Source of the DNA: Auanema rhodensis
Taxonomy: Eukaryota; Animalia; Nematoda
Length of the DNA stretch: 64,000 nt
NCBI GenBank assembly: GCA_964057225.1
Contig: OZ059899.1
Span: forward strand, 14,694,001 to 14,758,000
Direction of reading: 5' to 3'
The first letter of the stretch is position 1; every line of letters starts with the position of its first letter. Under the pieces are notes generated by a model. The model saw only the letters and a program-made list of their open reading frames with translations. It was not told where the DNA came from and did no database searches. The translations under genes were made by a program, and so were the position numbers. Positions 26,126-38,000 of this stretch are shown here, one piece after another.

Positions 26126-28240
26126 TCAAATAGCGTCCGATTGGGGACCCCCGCATAGTGCAAGTTTATGAATTAAATGTGTCCTGTAATTAAAAGAAAT
26201 AAATTTCTTTAATTTAGTTACTTGATTTACATACCTTAAACATAGAGGATCATTATTGAACAAAGCATGAAGATCTCTTATATTAACTCTAACTGTTCTT
26301 GGTCTAATGACATTGCTTGCTCCACTGCTGCCTACTTGATCCCATCTAAACAAAGATAACAAAGAACACAATTCAAAAATGAAAAAAAAAACTTACTTTG
26401 GTCGGGAAGACTTACTACTACTAAGAGCAGCAATGGCTGCAGCATTTGCATCTCTATTCTTCTTAGCTTCGGCGTCAATTCTTTGCATTTCCTACAAAGA
26501 TATTAAAATAAACTTTCTATGAAGAAACTACATACCTTCGCACGCTCAATGGTATCTTTGGCAATTCCTTTTCCTTTACTCATTCGAATTAATGCTTCCT
26601 TTTCTCTAGTTTCTCGTTGTTCTTCTTGCTGCCGATCCACATCTTCAAGGAAACGTAATTGCCTTCTAGTATCATCGATTTGTCCATAATGATTATTTAA
26701 CCTAAAAACAAAAAGGATTAATGAACTAGATAATATGTTCAAACCTCAAGGGATCAACTCTATGCTCTGCTAGTACAGATAGCTCACCCAATATTTCTCT
26801 CAGTCTATATTCTGTAGCATCTGATATGAGCGTTAATACCTGAAACTCAAATATATAACTGATACGAAGCTAATCGGTTCAAACTTCTTCTTCTACATAG
26901 CAAGCCTCATTCATACGTTGCGTAATCTTCTTCATTATATCTTCAGGTCGTAATATCGAAGCTTTTAAAGCACTTTCTTGTAGCTGACGAACTTGTATAA
27001 CCTTTAAATTGTTCTTAAACACAGTAATATTTCACATTCGTACTTCTTCTTCTTGATGAGGCATAGGTTCATCTTCCATAGGTTCAGCTCGTTGATTCTG
27101 ATGAATATCAGGCACTTGCTGGGGAGTTTGTTGGAGAACCTAAAATGATACTTCGAAATATTTACTGTGTAAATCTTATGAAATGGTACAAGAAATAAGT
27201 TCTAAGAATACTTTTTGAGATTTTTTCAGCCTCGAATAGACGACTGTTTTGGTTTATAAGTTTATAAAACGGGAATTACCTGTTGGGATTGAACTGGATG
27301 CGGTTGATGAACTTGTTGAACCTGAGGTGGAGGTACTTGTTGAACTTGTTGAACATGTTGAACTTGAGATGTATGTATATTTTGGGTTGATCTTGGAGTT
27401 TGATGCTGATATAGCTGGGTGGGTCCTCTCGACACACCCACACCTGAGACAGGGGTAGATACATGATGCATAGGATTATTGGGATTATTGGGAACAAAGC
27501 CGGGTGGAGGAGTAATACCGTCAATAACAACTTCTCCTGAAATTATTCATTTTTTTATGAACTCGGACAAAATCAAACCATTGGATATAGCAGCTCTCAA
27601 TGTGGGCAAGGTTCGTTCTAAAAATGGAAGTAAATGAGGTTGAGCCTGAGACTGTAAAGCCTCTTGTAAGCGACGAGTGAATTCATCAGGAACCATATCT
27701 CCAAATATCACATTCTAGAAAGAATTATTAATCTTATTTTTTCTTTAACGTGGTTATATATACCGTGACTAATTCATTAACGGTAGCAGCAGTATTGCGA
27801 CCATTGCCTTGATGATCAGGTTGTTGTGAAAGATTAATTAAAGTTCGGAAAAATCGTACACATTTGGCTATAACCTGTTCATCGGTTGATGGGGGAGCTG
27901 ATTCGGGTGTGCTTGTAGGAGCTGCAAAGACATTTGAATTAGCGAAGCATTTATCACAATACCTCGTTTCATCGGCATATGATGGCCCTGAGGAGTTGAA
28001 GGAACAACATGAACCGGTGTTCCTTGATTTACAGGAGGAGTTTGCTGAAAGAAACGAAGATTAAAACAAATAACTTTTTAGGAGATAACAAACCATGGAC
28101 GGAGTTCGCATATCGGGAGTTCTCATATCTGATATATGAGGCGAGTGACTAGAAATGGGAGTTCTATCCGGTCTACCCGCAGGAACTAATCGAAATCTTG
28201 GAGTATTCATGGCTGGTGGCGGTTGTCCTCCGTCTGCCAT
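26126..28240 (-). CDS. taf-4: TFIID subunit TAF4 (TAFH/NHR1 domain plus histone fold)
   Basis: N-terminal PRFRLV; TAFH KCVRFFRTLINL...SQAQPHLLPFLERTLP; histone fold LTLISDATEYRLREILGEL; EHRVD; RQLRFLEDVD; RDANAAAIAAL; RTVRVNIRDL. Confidence 0.92.
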
Positions 28241-28259
28241 ATTGTTTGTGAGGAAATCA

Positions 28260-29320
28260 GTTACCTAGAAGAAATTGTAAATAAAATAAACAAGAAAAAG
28301 CACAGAAATATCGGCGTTCCTTTCAAAACTGTAAAGTTCACAATCTAGTAACTTCATTTTGCTTACTATAAGAATGCAATCTATTTATCACTCAAAATAT
28401 TGCAAAGTCAGAAAAAACCAGAAACCTCAAAAGCGCTTGTTAAGGTTTTTATTATTTACCGTTCCAACGAAAAGCTGTTAAAATATGCCATTTTTGAATA
28501 CGGTTGCGTACAAATGGACGCAAGCGTGGTTTCTATGATTTTTCTTAGAATTTAAAATAAACAACACATCAAATTAATTTTAAGCTATTCAACAAATGTT
28601 TTTTTGTTTTCTTATTTATTTTTCAGAACGATTTCTGTTTCTCTTATTTAAAATTTAAGCACAATAATTCAGCGTCACTCGCACCTTTACATAATTCTAA
28701 CTTATTAAAACAATCGATTAAATAATACTATAAATTTTATGACATGTAAAGACTTTGGTTTCGTCCAAAGTTTTTTACTGATTTCATTCCTCCAAATGAT
28801 CCTAGTTGTAGTTCGTGGAGTCTGATCAAATATATTCCTCATCTGTATGCTGTTTACAAATTTCAACTCACATCGATCGCGCGGACAAACGGTTGCTTCG
28901 ATTTTAGGACGATTTGCGCAGAGCGAGTGCCTGTTAATTTTTTCTGGCATTTGGATTTTTTTCTTAATTTATCATGGCATTTTGTTTTCATATCAAATCA
29001 CTTGCCATTAACGCATGTTGGAGATAAACTGGTTATTGTAGAGTTTGATAAATTCAATGACTAATATATAATAACTATCACTTTGTCGTCAATTATATTC
29101 TTAATTCATCCTTTATTTAATTACCTCTAATTCTTACTGTTTAAGATTATAAATTATTCATCAAAAAGCGTAAAATATTTCAAAAATATCTTATAGAATT
29201 ATTGTGATCATCAAGCGCCAAATTCAAATGCTGCTATTATTTGTTGTCTTCTACAATCGATTTTTTCTTTTTTTTTTCGATTTTTTTTACAATTTTTTTC
29301 TTATTTCAATTTTCTACAGT
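28260..29320. promoter_or_regulatory. Divergent promoter region for taf-4 and pqn-59, with a CG-rich core at ~28870-28930
   Basis: Lies between head-to-head genes; local CGCG/GCGC enrichment. Confidence 0.45.
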
Positions 29321-29321
29321 T

Positions 29322-31016
29322 ATGGGCGTTAAAGGAGAATCAGGACATCAAAGAGCAAAACCAGTTGCTACAGCTGAACAGCTACGATTTGCTCAGCTTA
29401 ATTTGGAAGGAAAGTCTACTGACGATGATCCTAAATATATCCAAAAGCTCATTAAAGAGGTTTATAATATTCGAATAAATAGTTAAATACCTAACATTTT
29501 AAGGTAATTGAAACAACCCGATGCTCACAAGCACAAGCAGAACTCGCATTGTATGATAATGATCATGATCTCGCCGCAGCTGTTGATTATATACTGGAGC
29601 ATGCATCTGAAATTGAATCTTGGACTGAGCAAAAGAGCAAGAGAGACAAAAAGAAAGAAGAAGAGGAGAAGAAGCCAGTACGAGGACAGTCTTCCTCTCG
29701 TGGACGAGGTGGCTTCCCTGATCGTGGTGGACGAGGCAGAAGTGCCGCAGGAGTTACCCGTGGATCTTCATCTAAACCTGTAAACAGTACATCATATCGC
29801 GGAAGAGGTGGATCTCGACCCCAGCAACCTCGTAACACAGAATCTGTACAGCAAAAACCAATAGAAACATACGTTCCTGATGAGAGTAATGAATGGGTAA
29901 GTAATGTTCATCTTTTGATTTTGTTGAGTTTGTTTTCTATAGAAGAATGGTCCTATGGAATTTAAACGATCAGCAGAACAAGCTGCTGCAGAATCTGCTC
30001 CAAGCAGTTCACAAGCCCCCGCTGTTACCCCTGCTCCAGTACCCACAACTGCCGCTGGCCCTATTTCATTTGCTGCCGTAGCCGCTGCTGCTGCTCGTAA
30101 AGAGCAGCAAAAGCAACAACAGCAACAAGTTATCCCTCCAGTTTCTTCCGTTCCTGCTCCTCACTGTTTCGAAGAGCCAGCCTCAACCAGTGTCCGATCT
30201 GAACCTCATGCCGAAGAAAGTTACCATTCGTGAGTTCTTTTTTACATATACACGTGTAATAAGTCCTTGGTTTTAGTGAACCAGCACTGGCTGCTGAGGA
30301 GGAACAAGACAGCACTGTTGAATCGGAGAATATAAGCGCAGTTAATACTGCTTCTCCAGCTATTCAAGTAATATCATGCTTTTCAAGATATCACTGTTAT
30401 TTTTCTTTTGAAGGCAAACACATCCTGGACTAATCAATTGAAAAATGAATTGGGTATAGGATTGGCTTCTGCAGAATCTCCTCTTCGACCACCAAATCAG
30501 TATTCTAATCCTGTACAATCTTACGCTCCTGGTAAGAAAATTAGTTTAATATTTTTTTCCTATTTCCTCTTTTTCAAGTATCTGCCGGTGTTGAATTCGC
30601 CACTGAGGCAGTATCTACTCGCCTCGCTGATTATCAATTTGGATTTGTTGATGTTCCTAATGTCCCAGCTGATATTCCTACCCCTGTTCCTCCTGCTCCT
30701 TCTACTGAATCTCTTTTCAATGCATCTCGTCATAGTTCCGCTAGTGCTCCTCAGAAGTCTGTCGAGGTTAGTGTAATGATATATTTTCTGTTACATACGT
30801 AGTCTTGTTTAGAACGAAAGAACCGGATTAGCGAATGGTGATTATTCTCTTAAGAACACCTCTCCTACATCCACTCCTTACGGTCAAGCTAATGCTCGCT
30901 CTCTTGGATTTGGAGACGCCTCGTCTGTGTCTTACAATCCCGCAATGTCTGAACGTGTGTCGACCTCCAAGCCTTCCCATGTTCAGCTTCCACCGCAGCA
31001 GCAGCAACAACAACAA

Positions 31017-31047
<31 letters not shown>

Positions 31048-31667
31048 AACAACAACAGCAACAACAGCAGCAGCAGCAGAATCAACCTCTGCAGCAGCAA
31101 CAGGCTCAGACTCCTCAGCAACATCAGATCTTCCCTCATCCATACACCACCTTTAATTATATGTATAATAGTGTCCGTGCTGATGATCCATATTCTGCTG
31201 CCGCCTTGTTACAATACCCACTTGCTGGCATGGGGGTTGACTTCTCTTCGATATTACCGGTTTCGAACCCCCTTTCCCAATCAGGAAATGGACAACAAAT
31301 GCAGGGAAATCAACACCGAAACGATTCTCATTCCATTGAGGGCATGAAATATCCATCTCAAAATAGCCGAGATCAGAGCCAACAACCCTCCAATGTTGCT
31401 CCTCCTCCAGGATTCGCCAATCCATCTTACATCAGTCAGCCACCATTGTCTTCTTTGTTCATGCAACAATACCCACCAATGCCATTCTCCTATATGATGC
31501 CCAATGTTGGAAATGCTGGTCGACAGATGTACCAAGAGGAAGATCGCAAGTCATACGAAAAAATGACAGCCAAGCAAGCTCAGGCTACACCCCCTCCCCA
31601 TCACTTTAGTCATAATGGTGGAAACTACATGAATCTTAACAAGAAGCAGTATAACTGGAACAACTAA
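29322..31667 (+). CDS. pqn-59: UBAP2L/Lingerer orthologue PQN-59 (UBA domain, RGG, YQFGF motif, polyQ, prion-like C-terminus)
   Basis: ATAEQLRFAQL, UBA (IKEVIETTRCSQAQAELALYDNDHDLAAAVDYILE), SWTEQK, RGG repeats, ISFAAVAAA, YQFGF, Q-rich tail ending YNWNN. Confidence 0.92.
30996..31079 (+). repeat. (CAA/CAG)n coding repeat, ~28 Gln
   Basis: Directly visible and in frame within pqn-59. Confidence 0.95.
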
Positions 31668-31815
31668 AACTGGTTGCCCGATGTTCTCATTCTCTCATGC
31701 TTGATGTTAATAAAGAAACATTCATCTGTTTTTATTTTTATTTTTTCAAGGTATATATCCAACAATGACCTCAACAAATGTGTTTATGCATGTTCAAACA
31801 AATAACTTTCTAGAA

Positions 31816-32891
31816 ATGACAGTACCAGTCGTACTCGTAACGGGGGCCACCTCCTCTATGGGAAAGGCTGTTGTTAGAAGATTAGCTTTTGCCGGGTATA
31901 AGGTAGCAGCTGCCGATCAGTGTGCCAATGCCACGGGAAAAATCGCTGAAGATAACAAAAAGGTTTTTAATTGGGGCAATGCTGATTGAACTGATTATTA
32001 CGGCTGATATGAATGTTCTTTAGGTAGGGGGGAATGTTCTCGCTTTTGCTGTGGACGTATCTAAGCCAGATCACAGAAAAGAACTGATTGAGAGAGTAAG
32101 CTTATAAAATTGATTAAGCTTCCATCTTGGACCCGTTCAGGTTCAAAAGGAGTTCGGAGGCTTAGATTCATTAGTTGTTGTTCCACCAAAAAATACAATT
32201 AGGACTGATATTTTGAATACGTCATCTATGCAGTTTGATAAGGTGTTATCTTGTTTATTCATACTTCAGCGAATTATTTTGTTTATATTAGATGTTTGAA
32301 GACTTCGTTACTACACCGTTTATGCTTACGAGAGAAGCTGTGCCTGCTCTTAAAAAGTCTAAGTAAATTAAAAACAAGAAAAAGCAAAAAAAACAGGGGT
32401 GTAGACGATTTGAAATTGAAAATTTACAGAAATGGTAGTGTCCTGTTCATGACATCTGCTGCTGGGTACTCCCCGCAGGTTGATGGAGGTCTGTTCTCAT
32501 TAGTCTCAACTTCTGTTTTGTCTTTGACCAAGGCTTTGGCTCAATCAGCGGGAAAACAGAATGTACGAGTGAATGCTGTATGCACGGGAATGGTAGGTTA
32601 AGTTTCTCTTGCGACTTAATCGTTAGTGATTAAGATCGAAGGAGATGGTTCTGGTGCCATGTGGGATGAACCAACAGGAGAGGATGGCGAAAGAATACGA
32701 CAAGGGCTTCAAGCTATGATTCCAATCGGAAGATTAGGAAAACCATCTGATGTGTCTTCGGTAGTCGAATTCTTGCTTTCTGATCGTGCTAAGTGGGATA
32801 ATTTGAGTTTTCGAGAATAATGTATAAGCATTACAGATATATCACTGGTGAATCATGCGTTGTCAGTGGAGGTGTGTCTTTCCGTCTCTAG
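31816..32891 (+). CDS. Short-chain dehydrogenase/reductase, DHRS4-like, with degenerate catalytic motifs
   Basis: VVLVTGATSSMGKAVVRRLA, FGGLDSLV, NVRVNAVCTG, IPIGRLGKPSDVSSVVEFLLSDRAKYITGESCVVSGG. No YxxxK motif. Confidence 0.88.
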
Positions 32892-33135
32892 TGCTGTTCA
32901 TATGAGACAACTGTATTTGTAAAAAGTTTGTAAAGGAGTAATATTTCTTAGACGTGTAGTTGTAGGCATAGAGACTTTAAGATCGTTTTGTTTTTGTTAT
33001 GTTGCTTAATATTGACCAGATGAAATTTTCTCACAAACATAGAACATTTATTTCCTTGAACGATTTGATATCACATCGATTTTCTTGCATTACATTCGCT
33101 TGTATCTAAAATATGATTGGCCTGCTCAATAGAAC

Positions 33136-34927
33136 ATGCTGAGGCGAAATATATGGTTTGGAACACGTCGGTTTTTCTCCCAAAAATGGGCTAATAGAAT
33201 AACGCCTGCTGAGTATGATGCTAGAAGATCAAAGCTCGTTACGGAAGCGAGGAAAAGCTTAAAAACTGAAGGTATTCCCGTAGTAAATATTAGAGAGTCT
33301 TAAAAAAGACTTCCAGACTGTGATGTGCTTTTCTTAATGAAGGGATCCGCAACCTCGTATATAGCACCTGACGTTCCTCATGCTTTTAGGCAAAATAGTA
33401 ATTTCCGGTTGAAACATCATGTAGTATGGTACTAACTTGCTATCTTCAGATATATTACTGGAATAGATAATGTACCGGGGTGTATGTATTTATATTATTC
33501 TTCTTCCTCGAGTAAATCTCAGCGAATTCTTTTTATGGATAAGAGATCAGAGTATGAAGAACTATGGGAAGGTTGCCTTCCAACCACAAGCGACCTTGAG
33601 GTCACTGCACGTTTTGACGAAATATTACCTACTAAGGAAATTCTAAAAGTGGGTTGAGATAGGGGTTACCGTATAAACTCTCCCGTTTCAGGTTCTTCAA
33701 AAGTTTGCAAACAGTAATACTGTTTTATTTGTTGAAACTGACCAATGGAAGTCTCACTCGGCTGTAGCGTCATTCGGAAACTTTGGTCATATGAAAACAT
33801 TGCATCCTCATGTTTGTCAACTTATGAAACCTTTTATAAATATGCTCTCTGTAGATTGAAAAGTTGCGTGTAGTTAAGTCAGCAGATGAAATTTTAAGTA
33901 TGGAAGATGTTTGCCAGGTCGGAAGTCAGGTACAATCCTCATTCATTCTGGGGAACTCTTGCACTCTTTTTAGATGATGGCGTCATTAATTTCGAACGCG
34001 CGGAATTTAGATTCAGAGCTGACTCTTGTCGGACTCTTGGAGTATGAAGCCCGCAGGTTTTCCAGTTATCTAATTGTTCCTCTGTATTTCAAGTTTCAGA
34101 CGAGGAGCTGAGAGATTAGCTTATCCACCTGTGGTTGCTGCTGGAAATCGCGCAAATACCATTCATTATCTAGACGCCAATAAAATAATTACCCCAGGGT
34201 AAGAGACTGATAATTGGTTAATGAGAAATGTTCCATTTATAGCGATTGCTTGTTAGTTGATGCTGGCTGTGATTTGAACGGATATGTATCAGATATCACG
34301 CGCTGTTTCCCAATTACTGGTAATTGGACAGATGCTCAACTCGCTGTGTACGAAGCTTTGAGATATGTCCATGAAAACCTATTAGAATATGCACACAATA
34401 CTGAAAAGGTACGCAATTAATTCGGGGATCAACCTATAATATTCTATCTCAGATTCGATTGAGTACAATTTTCAAAAGAATGATTGAGTTATTAGCTTCT
34501 ACTATGTTAGAAGTAGGTGTAATTCCACAGGGAACTGATTCGAGAAAAGCAATAGAGGTAAAGATCTCAATTGAATCACAAAATATTTGTCTTGTCTGTA
34601 TTTAGTTAGCAGAAGAGTTATGTCCTCACCATGTGGGCCATTACCTGGGTATGGATGTTCATGATTGCCCTTCTGTTTCTCGCGATATAGAACTAACTGA
34701 AGGATTTGTGTTCACTATTGAGCCAGGTATATAGACAAGATTATTTTTTATTAATGTTTTCCTTAGGTGTGTATATCCCACAAAATTCTGATTTTCCTGA
34801 AGAATTCCGTGGTATTGGATTCCGTATAGAAGACGATATTCTCAAGACAGCTAACGGTATCAATGTTCTAACGGACTCAATCCCACGAGTAGGAAGCGAA
34901 GTGGAATATTTAATGAACCCCCAATAG
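33136..34927 (+). CDS. XPNPEP3: Xaa-Pro aminopeptidase 3 (mitochondrial Icp55/XPNPEP3-like, M24B family)
   Basis: Arg-rich presequence [53 protein letters not shown]. Metal ligands in LVDAGC...[27 protein letters not shown] and RIEDDI. Confidence 0.92.
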
Positions 34928-35185
34928 AATTATATATGTCTAATAGTTTCAGTAAATTTATACAGTTAGAGTTATTTCGAAAAAAAAAAGCATGAGAAGA
35001 GAAGTATTTATTGATAATCTGGTTCTAAACAGACAGCTTCGCAAGTTTTAGTCTAGTGATTATAATCGGTTCCGAATGATACAGAAAAATTATAGGAAAG
35101 AAATTAGAAAATTCCTAAGTCAGTACGTGATTCTGGGATCCTATTGAAAAAAAACCTTAGAAATTTAGAAAAAGGAAGCACAAGT

Positions 35186-37552
35186 CTAAGTAAAATTAAT
35201 CCCAGGAGAGTCGAAGTTAACAAGATAGCGATTGTGTCTGACATCATCAACATGAATCAATTTTAAAGCTGATTTAGGCATTACAAGATCCGGCAATTTC
35301 TGTAACATCTTTAATTTACAACGTGCATGATACCATGGACTTACTATCCATTTATCTGCTCTGATGCTGTATACTTCGGAATGTGAAGTTGTTCTAATTC
35401 CATCGAAACCGCCAGCTACATAGACTTTGTCGTCGAAAGTGACGATTCCAAAGTTTGATCTTAAATAGAAATTTCAAATCAAGCTCGAAAGCTTTTGAAA
35501 TGAACCTTGTAGTAAACATAGAATTTAAATTATAGCATCGTCCTTCACGCTTATCAAATATTTCTGTGGTTCGAAGTCTCTTTTTACCATTATAACCACC
35601 GCAAATGATTAACGTGTTTTCCGTCAGAGCAACGGCATTAACTCCTGTTCGTTCAGACCTCATACGTACACGAGTAGAATACCTAACCATGAATGTTAGT
35701 AAAAACATGGATCACTCACCATTGTTCTTTTCCTTTGTCAAAGAATTCAAGATCAGAATGAATGTTTGAACCGTCAAAACCACCTATTGCAAACACATGT
35801 TCTCCAGCTCTCACTAGAGAAAAGTCTGATCTGAAGACTACAATCAGTTTTGATTTTTTTGTTCCTTGAACCGCTTTTTGGTCATTGAAGATGTTTTCTG
35901 CCAAGTATTGTCGGAGACGCTGTACATCTCACAAGAAGATAACCTTTCCATTCCATTAAATCTTCAAATGATAAATATAAAAAGTATTGTGACCCTTTTA
36001 TAGCCTACCCTCCTCCTACGAAGAGACTCTGAGAGCCTTGTGAATCTATTAAGTTCACGCCACCCAGATAGCATCGTCTGTCCACCATGTCAGCCAGATG
36101 GGACCAGGTCTTCACAGATGGCTAGTTAAATCAATGAGCATAGAAAATTACCTTCGTATTCATGTTATAGCTTGAAGTATCTTGGAAAAATTCTCGACCG
36201 TTCATACCACCGCAAACAAATAAAGAATCATCAACTAACGTCATAGCATGATATGCTCGAGGCTTGTCCCTAAATTACTGGGGATTTGAAAAAAGCATAT
36301 GGGAATTAAACTGACAGTGAAAACCCTGCTTCTGCACATGATGCCCATTTTTCTCTTCTGGTATTAAAGACTTCAACGACTTCTGTAGCCCCATAGCTAC
36401 TCCATCCTCCTTTAATCGGAAATTAGTTTAAAGTAAACCACAAAATTCAATAACCAATTGCCAGAACAACATCACTTGGAACACGATTCTTTAGAACTGG
36501 ATATGAAGTTGTACCATCGCCTGTTACTTTTTGATGCTTTCTATCAGCAATTTCAGATAATCTTCCACGATCCATAGTATGTCGACTCTTAAATTAGGAT
36601 TTTCAAAACCCAAAAAGAGAATATAATCTCACAGTAACAAAGTGATTAATAGCTTTTAATTCATCTTTTGAAGATAAATTCAGGTTTTCATCTTCTAATG
36701 CATTGATTAATTCATCTTCGTTCATTTTCAAGTAATTTTTCGTTTCATAGAACTTCAAATATCTTAATTACAATCAAAAAACCGTATTGAACATGCTTAC
36801 CACTTGGAATTCTTGAATAATTTTTTTCCACAGCACTGAGGCTAGCGGATGATGATATTGAGCACATTTTCGAAAAACTTCTAGAATTGTTTTAGGAGTT
36901 GCTTGAGAAAGGATGATCTTCGATAATGTGATTAAGAGATTATCCATACATAGATATGAAGCAACAGGCAAAATCTGCATACTCAAAAGTGAGATTAAGC
37001 ATTGACCTAAAGCCAACCTGAACCGCGTTACTTAAGCACATCTTGGGAAGAACTTTACTATGGATAGCTGGTATTAGGTTTATGGCCTGTGAAAAGCTCG
37101 GTCCATCTATTCCAGGAAGACTAAACAGAACTCATTTAAATTTTCTAGAAATTATATATTCCTACAGTATAACGGTATCTTTACTTTCCAAGAAATCATG
37201 AGAAAACATAGCACGGAAGTAATTTGATTCGTCAGCCAGGACTCTACGGCTCAATACAAACTGAATCTTAGTTTTGAAATAATATCAATTACGCCAACTC
37301 ACCTCTTTATCATCTTTCGTCTTCACAAAGAAATATTCAGCAAGTATATCACCATCTCCTTCAGTTGTTTCAATCTATGAAGAGCATGATACCAATACCA
37401 ACTGTATCTCTCACCTCTTCATAAACGCTATGGATTGTTAATGCTGTATCAACATCAGATGTTGGACTGTTGCTGAAGCTGATAATTTCGCCACATCGAT
37501 CATTTAAATCATCATCTAACAATGCCTGATTTCTCCCGTGCTCCTGGCTCAT
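35186..37552 (-). CDS. BTB-BACK-Kelch protein, KLHL10-like
   Basis: BTB (RRVLADESNYFRAMF), BACK region, and RVPSDVVLAIGGWS. Kelch blades carry RAYHA, RCYLG, RSDFS, RTGVN, RSNFG and KSAL, paralleling recalled KLHL10 blade signatures. Stop is at 35186 or 35165. Confidence 0.85.
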
Positions 37553-38000
37553 TTAAATTAAACTGAAATGGCTGTCATGGAAAAAGAAAGATTATATCAA
37601 CACTAACTCAGTAAAATTGAATATCAATATATTACTGCTATTGGTTATTAAAATAACTTTGGCTACTCGGTGCAACCAACCGGACTTTGGTCAACTATTT
37701 CAAGGAATTACTACGTGAGTGACAAGTCGGAACGTGAAAATGAACGTTGACGTTTTTGGTTTGAAACTTATTGTGATTTTCATTTATTAAATTGTTTCAA
37801 AAAAATCGGTTGAATCCAATTTTTCTAAAATCAAAATTGTAATCGAGAGGTATTTTACTACATATATTTATTCAATTTAAAAAGTGCATTGTATGCAATT
37901 AGTGGAGCACCATTGGAAGGAGTATTCAATTCAATAAGTTAATACAAGATATGAGTATATAAATAAGTTCGAGATTTGTAACCCTATCTAAGAAAAAGGT

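Noticed and set aside
30828-31535. Poly-Leu, poly-Val and poly-Asn ORFs
   Set aside because: Shadow frames of the pqn-59 polyQ exon.
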